This document shows, one piece after another, positions 1-8,908 of a stretch of 26,763 nucleotides of DNA. A model generated the notes under the pieces. The model ran no database searches. It saw only the letters and a list, made by a program, of their open reading frames with translations, and was not told the DNA's origin. Position numbers and translations under genes: made by a program. The DNA is from a virus. Taxonomy: Duplodnaviria > Caudoviricetes. Location: IMG/VR virus record IMGVR_UViG_3300032328_000237, positions 1-26,763 of that record; one strand, given 5' to 3'. Each line of letters opens with the position of its first letter. The first letter of the stretch is position 1.

Positions 1-1
1 G

Positions 2-136
2 GGTAGTGGGTATACAGCAGGTGGAGTATATACAGTTTCTGGTAGTGTGGTTGTTCCAGTAGGGGCAACATATAGTGTAGCTCCTCAAATTACAGCTGGA
101 ACAACCACTCTTTCTGCTTGGTATGAACTTCGTTAA
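2..136 (+). CDS. 3' end of a probable tail fibre/receptor-binding protein (partial, begins before window)
   Basis: Frame 2 is open from the edge: GSGYTAGGVYTVSGSVVVPVGATYSVAPQITAGTTTLSAWYELR*, stop TAA 134-136. The VPxGATYSV...WxELR* ending is typical of phage tail-fibre tips. Not in the ORF track. Confidence 0.65.
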   Translation, partial: GSGYTAGGVYTVSGSVVVPVGATYSVAPQITAGTTTLSAWYELR

Positions 137-147
137 GGATAAATAAA

Positions 148-357
148 ATGATTAAAACTATTCAAGACTCGATGGACGGGGGCGAATTTAAACCACGCCA
201 TACGATTGAAATTTACTGCCCTAACTGTGGGTACGACGTTTCTGAGGCTGAGTTAGCTGCCAAGATGTGCAGTGATTGTGGACATAGCCTTGAAGAACCA
301 GAGCAACACGTAGCTATCGTGGTTGCCAATATGTCATTTGGTGGTTCAACACTCTGA
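148..357 (+). CDS. small zinc-ribbon protein, function unknown
   Basis: Two CxxC pairs (CPNC, CSDC); AAGGA RBS overlaps the upstream stop; co-oriented with the late arm. Confidence 0.75.
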   Translation: MIKTIQDSMDGGEFKPRHTIEIYCPNCGYDVSEAELAAKMCSDCGHSLEEPEQHVAIVVANMSFGGSTL

Positions 358-375
358 GGCAAAGAACAGTGAGAT

Positions 376-828
376 ATGTCAGACGAACTCGGGTTATCGG
401 CTGGTGCCAAGGGGATCAGCGAGGGGCTTAAGACTGGGCGTGAGGCTGGGCGAGAGATTGGTAAGAACATCGAGGATGTTCAGAAGGAAGCAGTAGATGT
501 TGCAAAAGAACGGGCAAACGCAAGAATCCGTGAACGCAGGGAAGCAGAGTTTAAGAAGGAACGGGCTATATTTAAAGCTCTTGAGGAGTACCGACACCGT
601 AAACAAATCACGGATGAGGAGTACAAATTAAGGGTAGAGTTTATAAAGAAGTTCGGTACTAAAGAGTGGGATAAGGTCATTCAGATTAAGACCGAGATTG
701 AAAAGATAGAAAAGGCAGACAAGGATTACTTTGATGCCGAGTTATCAAAAGTAAGATGGGTGCAATTTTGGTGCTTTTTGGCGGCAGGTTGGATTGCTTA
801 TTTTATTGTATGGGGGAGTAAAAAATGA
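376..828 (+). CDS. coiled-coil protein with C-terminal transmembrane helix (lysis-cassette associated?)
   Basis: Charged helical body followed by hydrophobic WVQFWCFLAAGWIAYFIVW; ATGA overlap with the holin. Confidence 0.7.
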   Translation: MSDELGLSAGAKGISEGLKTGREAGREIGKNIEDVQKEAVDVAKERANARIRERREAEFKKERAIFKALEEYRHRKQITDEEYKLRVEFIKKFGTKEWDKVIQIKTEIEKIEKADKDYFDAELSKVRWVQFWCFLAAGWIAYFIVWGSKK

Positions 829-1238
829 TTCCGTTAATGGCACTAGTAGACGTTGGGATGAAAGTCCTAGACAAGTTTATCCCTGACCCTGAAGCCAAGG
901 CAAAGGCTCAAAAAGAGTTATTACAGATGCAACAAGAAGGCAGGTTGGCTGAACTTAATGCCGACAATATAGAAGCTCAAGAACTCACTAAGCGCCAAGA
1001 AGCGGATATGAGTTCAGACTCTTGGCTATCTAAAAACATCCGCCCTATGACGCTTGTTTTTATTTTGGTTGTTTACACTAGTTTTGCTGGTCTATCCGCT
1101 GCCGATATTGAGGTAAACAACAACTATGTAGAACTGCTTGGGCAGTGGGGCATGCTCATTATGTCGTTTTACTTTGGTGGTCGCACCCTTGAGAAGATTA
1201 TGGACATGAAAGCAAAAGAGAAAAATGAATCTAAGTGA
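825..1238 (+). CDS. holin (GTA-type '3TM holin' family)
   Basis: LDKFIPDP...SDSWLSKNIRP...hydrophobic segments...FYFGGRTLEK family signature; GGGAG RBS; directly upstream of the endolysin. Confidence 0.85.
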   Translation: MIPLMALVDVGMKVLDKFIPDPEAKAKAQKELLQMQQEGRLAELNADNIEAQELTKRQEADMSSDSWLSKNIRPMTLVFILVVYTSFAGLSAADIEVNNNYVELLGQWGMLIMSFYFGGRTLEKIMDMKAKEKNESK

Positions 1239-1653
1239 ACACTTTACCTTTGAAGAGCTAACGCACACAGACCATCGTGAGTTTGACAATACCCCAAATG
1301 TAGAAGAAACCGAAAATTTGACTCGATTAGCAGGGTTCTTAGAGCAAGTTAAAGAGGTGTTGGGTGGTAAACCAATTATGGTTAACTCCGCTTTTAGGTC
1401 AGAAGCCGTGAATACTGCCGTTGGAAGTCGCAACACCTCACAACATCGTATTGGTTGTGCTGCTGATATTAGAGTACCAGGCATGACGCCAGATGAAGTA
1501 GTTAAAGCCGTGATTGCATCAGGTATTGGTTATGACCAAATAATCCGTGAGTTTGACCGTTGGACACATATCTCAGTTCCTAACACAAAAGACATGACAC
1601 CAAGGCGGCAAGCCCTTATCATTGACAAATCAGGAACACGTCAATACGTCTAA
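1225..1653 (+). CDS. endolysin, Zn-dependent peptidase M15 family
   Basis: LSEHFTFEEL start, SAFRS..VN.AVG, SQH..GCAADI and WTHIS metal-binding motifs; overlaps the holin stop. Confidence 0.9.
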   Translation: MNLSEHFTFEELTHTDHREFDNTPNVEETENLTRLAGFLEQVKEVLGGKPIMVNSAFRSEAVNTAVGSRNTSQHRIGCAADIRVPGMTPDEVVKAVIASGIGYDQIIREFDRWTHISVPNTKDMTPRRQALIIDKSGTRQYV

Positions 1654-1665
1654 GGGTAAACCCGC

Positions 1666-3843
1666 ATGCCATTACAAAAACTTCAATTTAGACCAGGACT
1701 TAACCGAGAAGGCACAGATTACTCCAACGAGGGTGGTTGGTACGATGCCGACAAGGTGCGTTTTCGTTCTGGCTTTCCTGAAAAAATTGGCGGCTGGACC
1801 CGTATGGCTAATGCTCAGTTTTTGGGGTTGGCACGAGCGTTATGGAACTGGCTTGCACTTAGTGGCTCTAACTTTCTGGGTGTTGGCACAAATCTTAAAT
1901 ACTATATTGAGCAAGGCGGCACTTATAACGACATTACTCCTGTAGTATTTACTTCAGCTAACGTGGCTAATGCATTTACGATTACCAGCGGATCAAACTC
2001 CATGGTTGTTGTGGATGGGGGGTATAGCCCAAGCGTGGGTGATTTTCTTACTATTTCTAATGCCGCTAATATTAGTACAAGTAACGTAACCGCAACTGTT
2101 TTAAATGCAGAATATTCTGTAATTTCTATAATAAATACAACGGCTTACACGGTTACGTTACCTGTAACAGCAAACGCTTCTGCAAATGGTGGAGGGAGTG
2201 CTACTGATATTGCCTATCAACAACCTATTGGTCTTAACACATATACTTTAGGTACGGGGTGGGGCGCAGGTCCTTGGCCTGTTACAGGAACAACAACTAA
2301 TCTAACCAACCCTTTTGCTACAACTAATGGCAGTAATTCTGTCGTAGTAACCCAGACAGCCCACGGCTTAATTAACGGAAAAGCGGTTATTTTTGCTAAT
2401 GCTGTGGCAACAGGCGGCGTTTCAGCAGTCCTTCTAAATACATTGTTCTATCCCACAGTAGCTAATGCCAACGCATATACCATTACTGTTCAGGCTAATG
2501 CCACATCTAACGTAGCTGCAGGCGGTGGTAACGTTATTGCTTATACCGAAACAGGTAGCCATGGTTGGGGTCAAGGGTTTACATCAGGTATTGGTCAGCA
2601 GTTACGCCTTTGGACTAACGACAATTTTGGACAAGATTTAGTGCTTGCTCCCCGTGGTGGTTCTGTTTTTTATTGGGAAGCAACTACTGGTTTATCAGTG
2701 CGGGCACAACTTTTATCTACTTTATCAAATGCAGCAGCTTTTTCAGGACAGTTTGTTCCTAACACAACTAATCAAGTTGTAGCTTCGGCAATTCAGCGTT
2801 TTGTTATTTGTTTTGGTGCAAATCCATATGATCCCCTTAATGCTAATACAACCTTTGACCCCTTATTAGTTCGTTGGTCAGATCAAGAAAACCCTTATGA
2901 ATGGGTGCCTGCAGTAACTAACCAGTCAGGTGAATTTAGACTGTCTAGCGGTTCTTTCATTATGTGCGCTAGAAATACCCGTCAAGAAATTTTGGTTTGG
3001 TCGGATTCTGCCATTTATTCTATGCAGTACCTAGGACCCCCCTATGTTTGGGGCTTTCAAATCCTAATGGATAACATCTCCATTATGTCGCCCAATGCGG
3101 CTATTACAATTAATAACGTAACGTACTGGATGGGTGTTGATAAGTTCTATATTTATTCTGGACGGGTAGAAACCCTACCTTGCGCCTTGTGGCAATACAT
3201 TTTTAATGATATTAATAAAGAACAAGCATTCCAAGTGTTCTGTGGGTCTAACGAAGGCTACAGCGAGATCTGGTGGTTCTATTGCTCTGTAGGCTCAAAT
3301 ACTATAGATAAATACGTAATTTACAACTACTTAGAACGTGTCTGGGCATATGGCACAATGGAACGCACGGCTTGGTTAGATTCGGGTATTCGCCAATATC
3401 CTATGGCTGCAGACTATAACAACCGCATTCTTTTTCATGAGTCTGCTGTAGATGACGTGTCTGGTACACAGCCTGTAGCTATTGATGCTTATATTCAGTC
3501 TTCTGACTTTGACATTGGTGATGGGCATAACTTTGGCTTTGTATGGCGCATACTGCCTGACATTAACTTTAATGGCTCTAACGTTAATAATCCGTTTGTA
3601 ACTATGCAGGTCAAACCTCGTAGGAACTCAGGTGCTCCCTATGGCACATCAGATGATCCAGAAGTTATAAGCGCAGACAACTTTGCTAATTCTGCTTCTT
3701 ATGACATTCAAGAGTTTACAGGGCAGGTCTATACCCGCCTAAGAGGGCGCCAGCTTGCTTTTAGAATTCAGTCAGACAGCCTTGGAGTTAAGTGGCAGCT
3801 AGGTAGTCCACGAATTGATATTCGCAACGACGGACGCAGATAA
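1666..3843 (+). CDS. tail nozzle / virion stabilisation protein (P22 gp10-like) with two inserted beta-rich repeats
   Basis: MPLQKLQFRPG...DKVRFRSG.PEKIGGW start, VRWSDQEN propeller-like motif and RIDIRNDGRR* end; lies upstream of the ejection-protein genes. Confidence 0.75.
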   Translation: MPLQKLQFRPGLNREGTDYSNEGGWYDADKVRFRSGFPEKIGGWTRMANAQFLGLARALWNWLALSGSNFLGVGTNLKYYIEQGGTYNDITPVVFTSANVANAFTITSGSNSMVVVDGGYSPSVGDFLTISNAANISTSNVTATVLNAEYSVISIINTTAYTVTLPVTANASANGGGSATDIAYQQPIGLNTYTLGTGWGAGPWPVTGTTTNLTNPFATTNGSNSVVVTQTAHGLINGKAVIFANAVATGGVSAVLLNTLFYPTVANANAYTITVQANATSNVAAGGGNVIAYTETGSHGWGQGFTSGIGQQLRLWTNDNFGQDLVLAPRGGSVFYWEATTGLSVRAQLLSTLSNAAAFSGQFVPNTTNQVVASAIQRFVICFGANPYDPLNANTTFDPLLVRWSDQENPYEWVPAVTNQSGEFRLSSGSFIMCARNTRQEILVWSDSAIYSMQYLGPPYVWGFQILMDNISIMSPNAAITINNVTYWMGVDKFYIYSGRVETLPCALWQYIFNDINKEQAFQVFCGSNEGYSEIWWFYCSVGSNTIDKYVIYNYLERVWAYGTMERTAWLDSGIRQYPMAADYNNRILFHESAVDDVSGTQPVAIDAYIQSSDFDIGDGHNFGFVWRILPDINFNGSNVNNPFVTMQVKPRRNSGAPYGTSDDPEVISADNFANSASYDIQEFTGQVYTRLRGRQLAFRIQSDSLGVKWQLGSPRIDIRNDGRR

Positions 3844-4721
3844 TGGCAGTTAATCCCCAGATTAAGACCCTAGATCTTAGACCGCCAAAGGCGCCTAATC
3901 TACCCATTGCGCCAGTAGAGTACCGCCAGCTTTACCTAGACCAGCTTTTAAATGCCCTGCGTCTGTACTTTAATCAAATAGATAACTTTTGCCAGCCATT
4001 TAGCTCTGATACGGGCGGGGCGTTTTTAAAGTTCCCAAATGGTGCATTTCATCAAGATGGGTTTACGACTCTAACTAACACCATACCAAACTCAAGTTCA
4101 ACTGCGGCTATTGTGGTTGGTTCTACCGCTATGTTTGCGTCCGCTGGTACGATTTTAATTGGTAAAGAATTAATTAGTTATACAGGCAAAACTGCTACCT
4201 CATTTACAGGCATTACCCGTTCACAGTACGGTTCTAGTGGCGCCTCTCACGCAGCGGGGGTTTATGTAACCGAAGCTCAGGCAGTGCCATCTGCAACTAC
4301 GGCTTTAGCTGTTCCGTTTGATACTACAGATGTTAGCAATTCAGTATCTATAGATATAGCAGATAACACCAAAATTGTCTTTGCCGTAGCTGGTTACTAC
4401 AACATACAGTTTAGCGCACAGCTTCTTAATCCCAGAAGTTCACTAGATAACGTTACTTTTTGGTTTAGAAAAAATACGGTCGATATACCCTTTTCTGCGG
4501 GTGTTGTTACAGTTCCAACAGGACCTAGTGCTAATTTAGGCGCTTTATTAACCTCTTGGAACATAGTAACATCTGTAAATGCTGGGGATAATATCCAGTT
4601 AATGATGTCTTCAGTTTCAGGAGATTCGGTATTAGGCACATACCCTCCTGGTACAGCCCCAGTTAGCCCAGCTTCTCCCTCTGTAATTCTTACCGCAACG
4701 TTTGTTTCGGCGCTATATTAA
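3843..4721 (+). CDS. tail needle/tip-like protein with C-terminal C1q/TNF-like domain
   Basis: N-terminal helical PNLPIAP.EY...LRLYFNQID, central beta-rich insert, C-terminal FDTTD...IVFAVAGYYNIQFS pattern; TAATG coupling to the previous gene. Confidence 0.6.
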   Translation: MAVNPQIKTLDLRPPKAPNLPIAPVEYRQLYLDQLLNALRLYFNQIDNFCQPFSSDTGGAFLKFPNGAFHQDGFTTLTNTIPNSSSTAAIVVGSTAMFASAGTILIGKELISYTGKTATSFTGITRSQYGSSGASHAAGVYVTEAQAVPSATTALAVPFDTTDVSNSVSIDIADNTKIVFAVAGYYNIQFSAQLLNPRSSLDNVTFWFRKNTVDIPFSAGVVTVPTGPSANLGALLTSWNIVTSVNAGDNIQLMMSSVSGDSVLGTYPPGTAPVSPASPSVILTATFVSALY

Positions 4722-4758
4722 TGATAAAGTACTACTTAAATTAGGCGAGGTATATCTT

Positions 4759-6078
4759 ATGGGAACCGGTGTAGGCGAAGCGATGTTAATTGGGGCTGCT
4801 GTTGGCGGCGGCTCCTCTGCTCTTACGGGTGGCGACCCTTTAAAAGGTGCCCTGATAGGTGCTGCGGGGGGTGGTATTGGTTCTGCTATTGGTGCTGCGG
4901 GTGCTGCATTTGATCCAACGGCTTTAGCTGGGGCAACTGAACTTGGTTCTGTAGCTGGTACAAGTTCATTAAATACTGCAATAGACCCTGGTTTAGCTAG
5001 TGTTAATTTTGGCACAATGACCCCACAAGCTTTGAGTCAGGGCGTTTCTCAAGGCACAATTCCTATAGAAGCTGCTAACCAATATGGTCAATCTTTCAGT
5101 CAAGCTTTTGAAGGTATTAAACCGACAAATACACCCTTTTCAATTAGAGACTTACTTAGCAAAGCCCCAACACCGGATATTACAGGAAACCCAGAGGCTC
5201 AAAAACAGGCTGCTCAAGCAACAGGTAAAAATATTCTTGGCTATATGCCTGGAGACAAAGGGTTTTTGTCTGACCCTACGTTAGCCGCAATTGGTGGTGG
5301 TAGCGCCCTTTTAGGAAGAAAAGATTCTTCAGGTTTGCCTGGCGAAGAAGACTATGTAAGTAGTTTTGACCCATCTAAATTTATACGATCTACCCCAACA
5401 TACGCCCCTGGAAGCGTGTATGTGCCTGAGTATAAAACTTATGCTGCCGAGGGTGGAATTATGCAAGCCTATCAAGCTGGTGGTCCTGTAGAGCGTATGT
5501 CTATGATGAACACGGCTATGAATCCTCAAGGTGGCATGTACCCCCAGGGTATGGTTGATAAGACCCAGTACGCCACTCCTACCCAACGCCCAGTAAGTGC
5601 TGAGATGGTAGATGAAGCCCCTGCCTATGAGCGGTCTAGCCCAATGCTAATGGCTGGTGGTGGTATTGCAGGAATCCTAGAAGGTGCAAAAGCCCAAGGA
5701 TATACCCCTATGGAGTACGACCAAATCTATGGACGGGGTAATGCTTTACAGGAAATGCAGGCAGCCATGAAACAGGCTAAATACGCTAGTGGTGGTATTT
5801 CATCTTTAGGGGGCTACTCAGATGGCGGCAGAATGCTTAAAGGTCCTGGTGATGGCATGTCCGACTCTATTCCTGGCGTTATTGCTAATAAACAACCTGC
5901 CCGTTTAGCGGATGGTGAGTTTGTGGTACCAGCCGACGTGGTTAGTCATTTAGGTAACGGCTCTACCGATGCTGGTGCTAAGCAGTTATACGCCATGATG
6001 GACAAAGTACGTAAGGCTAGGACAGGTAAAAAGAAACAGGCTCCAGCAGTTAAAGCTAACCGATACATGCCTGCCTAA
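4759..6078 (+). CDS. putative internal virion/ejection protein with xxxGG repeats and C-terminal GPGxGxSDSIP domain
   Basis: Start moved to ATG 4759 (GAGGT RBS). Gly/Ala-rich hydrophobic N-terminus; C-terminal GPGDGMSDSIP...LADGEFVVPADVV motif of the kind seen in tape-measure proteins. Confidence 0.7.
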   Translation: MGTGVGEAMLIGAAVGGGSSALTGGDPLKGALIGAAGGGIGSAIGAAGAAFDPTALAGATELGSVAGTSSLNTAIDPGLASVNFGTMTPQALSQGVSQGTIPIEAANQYGQSFSQAFEGIKPTNTPFSIRDLLSKAPTPDITGNPEAQKQAAQATGKNILGYMPGDKGFLSDPTLAAIGGGSALLGRKDSSGLPGEEDYVSSFDPSKFIRSTPTYAPGSVYVPEYKTYAAEGGIMQAYQAGGPVERMSMMNTAMNPQGGMYPQGMVDKTQYATPTQRPVSAEMVDEAPAYERSSPMLMAGGGIAGILEGAKAQGYTPMEYDQIYGRGNALQEMQAAMKQAKYASGGISSLGGYSDGGRMLKGPGDGMSDSIPGVIANKQPARLADGEFVVPADVVSHLGNGSTDAGAKQLYAMMDKVRKARTGKKKQAPAVKANRYMPA

Positions 6079-6509
6079 TGGATTTAAGAATACAGCCAGT
6101 CGGAGTTGATTACGTAGCGCAGACTTGGCCTTTTGTAGAAACATATTTGAAGGAAGCGTTAGAAAAAGGAGAGCCGGTACCTGAGTGGAGCGACAATTAC
6201 GACATTTCCCATGTGCAAGGATTTTTGACTTCTGGGATGTGGACGTTGCTAGTTGCTACAGATGATAGTAACCAAGTGCATGGGGCGGCAACTGTGTCAT
6301 TTGCTAATTATCCTAAGAACCGAGTCGCTTTTATAACGCTTATTGGCGGAAAATTAATATCTAATAAAGATACGTTTGAACAGATGAGCAACATATTAAG
6401 ACTTGCTGGAGCAACAAAGATTCAAGGAATGGCTCGTCCCGCTATAGCCAGATTGTGGAAGCGGTATGGGTTTGAAGAACGCACTACTTTGGTGGAAGTA
6501 AAACTATGA
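6078..6509 (+). CDS. GNAT-fold-like virion assembly protein (position of P22 gp14 / T7 gp13)
   Basis: 143 aa ending GATKIQG.ARPAIARLWKRYGFEE, resembling GNAT motif B; coupled on both sides (TAATG, ATGA). Confidence 0.55.
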   Translation: MDLRIQPVGVDYVAQTWPFVETYLKEALEKGEPVPEWSDNYDISHVQGFLTSGMWTLLVATDDSNQVHGAATVSFANYPKNRVAFITLIGGKLISNKDTFEQMSNILRLAGATKIQGMARPAIARLWKRYGFEERTTLVEVKL

Positions 6510-8899
6510 GCATATTACGATACAAACAAAAGCTTTTGCCTTACGGTAATCCTATGGGTGGTAGCTCGGGTGGTGGTGGCGGACAACCTACTCAAAATAC
6601 TTCTTACAATACAAACGTTCCTGAATATGCTAAGCCTTATGTAGAAACGATGTTGGGCGCTGCACAAAAGCAGGCTTATAAATATGACAATTCCGGCAAC
6701 ATTGTAGGTTTCCAACCTTATGTACCTTATGGTGCTACCGTAGGTCCTAGTGGGGAGATTACTAATACAGCACAAGAACAAGCAAAAGCAGCAGTGGCTG
6801 GGTTTAGTCCTATGCAGGAACAAGCATTTCAACAAACTGCTAATTTACAAGTTCCAGGTCAGTATGGGGTCGGCAGTCAATTTGTTGGTGCAGGCGGTAT
6901 GGGTGCGGCGAATATTGCTCAACAAGCTGCTGGTATTGGGCAAGGATATTATGGGATGGCTACTGATCCTCTTGCCCAGCAATCGTTTATGTCTCCCTAC
7001 ATGCAAAATGTGGTGGATGTTCAAAAACAAGAAGCTACTAGGGATTATTTAAAAACGTTACCTAGCATGCAGGCACAAGCTACTCGTCAAGGTGCGTTTG
7101 GTGGTTCTCGTTCTGCTATTGAAGCAGCTGAAGCCCGTCGTAATTTAGGCACACAGCTAGGACAAATTCAAGCTCAAGGGTCACAAAAAGCATTTGAAGC
7201 TGGTCAACAAGCTCAACAGTTTGGCGCTAACTTAGGTCTTCAAGGCTATGGTACTGCACTGCAAGGTACTGGGCAATTAAGTCAAGCTGGTAGGTCATTA
7301 GCCGATATTGGTGGGCAAGAACTACAAGCTCGTCAAGGGATTATTGGTCTTCAATCTCAGGCTGGTGCACAGCAACAAACTCTTGAACAACAACGAATTA
7401 ATCAGGCTATTCAGAATTACGCTTTGCAACAACAAAACCCACAGATGCAGTTGTCTTTAATGAGCAGTTTGCTACGGGGTTTGCCTTTACAACAAGCTAC
7501 TACACAAACATATCAAGCACCTCCAAGTGCTATTTCTCAGTTTGCTGGTCTTGGTGCCGCAGGTATGGGTATGTATGGTATGGGTCGCTCAGCGGGTGTT
7601 TTTGGTAAAGAAGGTGGACATGTTAAGAAGTTAGCTAGTGGTGGTATTACAGGAATGTCTAAAAAGGTATTGTTAAACCCTGAAGACTTTTCTACCCAGC
7701 AAGTTAAAAGCATGACTGATAAGGGTATGATTTCCCAGTTAGTGGGCGCTCCTATTCTTGATGCCAAGATGAAAGACGAGCAACGCATGAAGCTTGCTCA
7801 AGCCGCCCAACAACCTAAACCTATTGATACTATTGCCGCTGATATTATGGCTAGAGCCGCAGCTAGCCAAGGTATTGATAATGCCCCAAGTAATCTACCT
7901 GTTATGTCCGCATTTGATGGCGGTATTGTCGCCATGGCTGATGGTGGTGAGGTAGATGACGATGGAGTAGCACGATTCCAAGAAGGTGGTAGATCAGCGT
8001 TCATGGAAGATATAAGTCGCTTTGGAGACTATGCAGTACCAAACCTAGGTATTACTAAAAGATTAAAAGAGTTAGGTAGTTATTTTACTAAGCCTCGTCA
8101 ATCTACCATGTCTCCTGGTGACGTTGACGTACAGTCAGGATATACCCCAAGTTCAGCTCCAGCTCCGTTTCCTCCAGATGCACCAAAACCACGAATACTT
8201 GAGGATTCTAGAGCAAGTGCAGCTGCACCCGCAGCTCCAACCCCTTCTGTTGCAGATACAGGTGGTAAGGGTATTGCCGACATCCTTAAGCGGTTTGAAG
8301 AGACACTTGGTAAGGGCGAACAAAGGGATACAGAAGCTAAAAAGATGGCGTTCTGGTCTTCGTTGGCTCAGCTTGGCTTTGGTGCTATGGGTGGTACTTC
8401 TCGTGACGCTCTTACTAATATTGGTCAAGCAGGTGCTCCAGCCGTAGCTTCTGGTATGAAAGCATTAACTGATATTGAAGGACGCCAAGAAAAACGTGGT
8501 CTTGCTTCGCTCCAAGCTGCTCTTGAAGGTGAAAAACTTAAAGCCGAATACAGCAAACTTGGCATGATGCAGCCATACTATAAAGAATACGCAAATTATC
8601 TTGCTCGTCGCCAAGGTTCTACAGGCACGGCTGGTTTAGGTAACGTTACGCCTGCAGTAGCAGATAAAGTTATGACAAGATTTCAAGGATATGAAGCTGA
8701 TCCTAAGACCGCACCATTTTTTGGGCAGCTACCTAAAGATGTTCAGACAGGTCTAACTAAGTACAAACCTGGAACTGAATCATATAACCGTTCTATGGAA
8801 GAGTTTAGAAAATATAATGACAGAGCTAAGCAAAACTACTTAAATAATTTAAGAGGTTTGAGCGCTAAAACTACTGTATCTGCCGACGAAGAAAGTTAA
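6506..8899 (+). CDS. putative DNA ejection/pilot protein
   Basis: Short leader then GGSSGGGGG, followed by VPEYAKPY, FMSPYMQNVVD and GAFGGSR motifs; Gln/Gly/Ala-rich coiled coil typical of podovirus DNA-transfer proteins. Confidence 0.7.
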   Translation: MSILRYKQKLLPYGNPMGGSSGGGGGQPTQNTSYNTNVPEYAKPYVETMLGAAQKQAYKYDNSGNIVGFQPYVPYGATVGPSGEITNTAQEQAKAAVAGFSPMQEQAFQQTANLQVPGQYGVGSQFVGAGGMGAANIAQQAAGIGQGYYGMATDPLAQQSFMSPYMQNVVDVQKQEATRDYLKTLPSMQAQATRQGAFGGSRSAIEAAEARRNLGTQLGQIQAQGSQKAFEAGQQAQQFGANLGLQGYGTALQGTGQLSQAGRSLADIGGQELQARQGIIGLQSQAGAQQQTLEQQRINQAIQNYALQQQNPQMQLSLMSSLLRGLPLQQATTQTYQAPPSAISQFAGLGAAGMGMYGMGRSAGVFGKEGGHVKKLASGGITGMSKKVLLNPEDFSTQQVKSMTDKGMISQLVGAPILDAKMKDEQRMKLAQAAQQPKPIDTIAADIMARAAASQGIDNAPSNLPVMSAFDGGIVAMADGGEVDDDGVARFQEGGRSAFMEDISRFGDYAVPNLGITKRLKELGSYFTKPRQSTMSPGDVDVQSGYTPSSAPAPFPPDAPKPRILEDSRASAAAPAAPTPSVADTGGKGIADILKRFEETLGKGEQRDTEAKKMAFWSSLAQLGFGAMGGTSRDALTNIGQAGAPAVASGMKALTDIEGRQEKRGLASLQAALEGEKLKAEYSKLGMMQPYYKEYANYLARRQGSTGTAGLGNVTPAVADKVMTRFQGYEADPKTAPFFGQLPKDVQTGLTKYKPGTESYNRSMEEFRKYNDRAKQNYLNNLRGLSAKTTVSADEES

Positions 8900-8908
8900 G
8901 GAGCATTT

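Noticed and set aside
4722-4730. TGATAAAGT extended -10-like promoter before the ejection genes
   Set aside because: Short AT-rich match without a clear -35; too weak to call.
5836-6030. Calling the 4759-6078 protein a tape-measure protein
   Set aside because: It shares only the short motif; its size and the podovirus-like gene order do not support a long tail.
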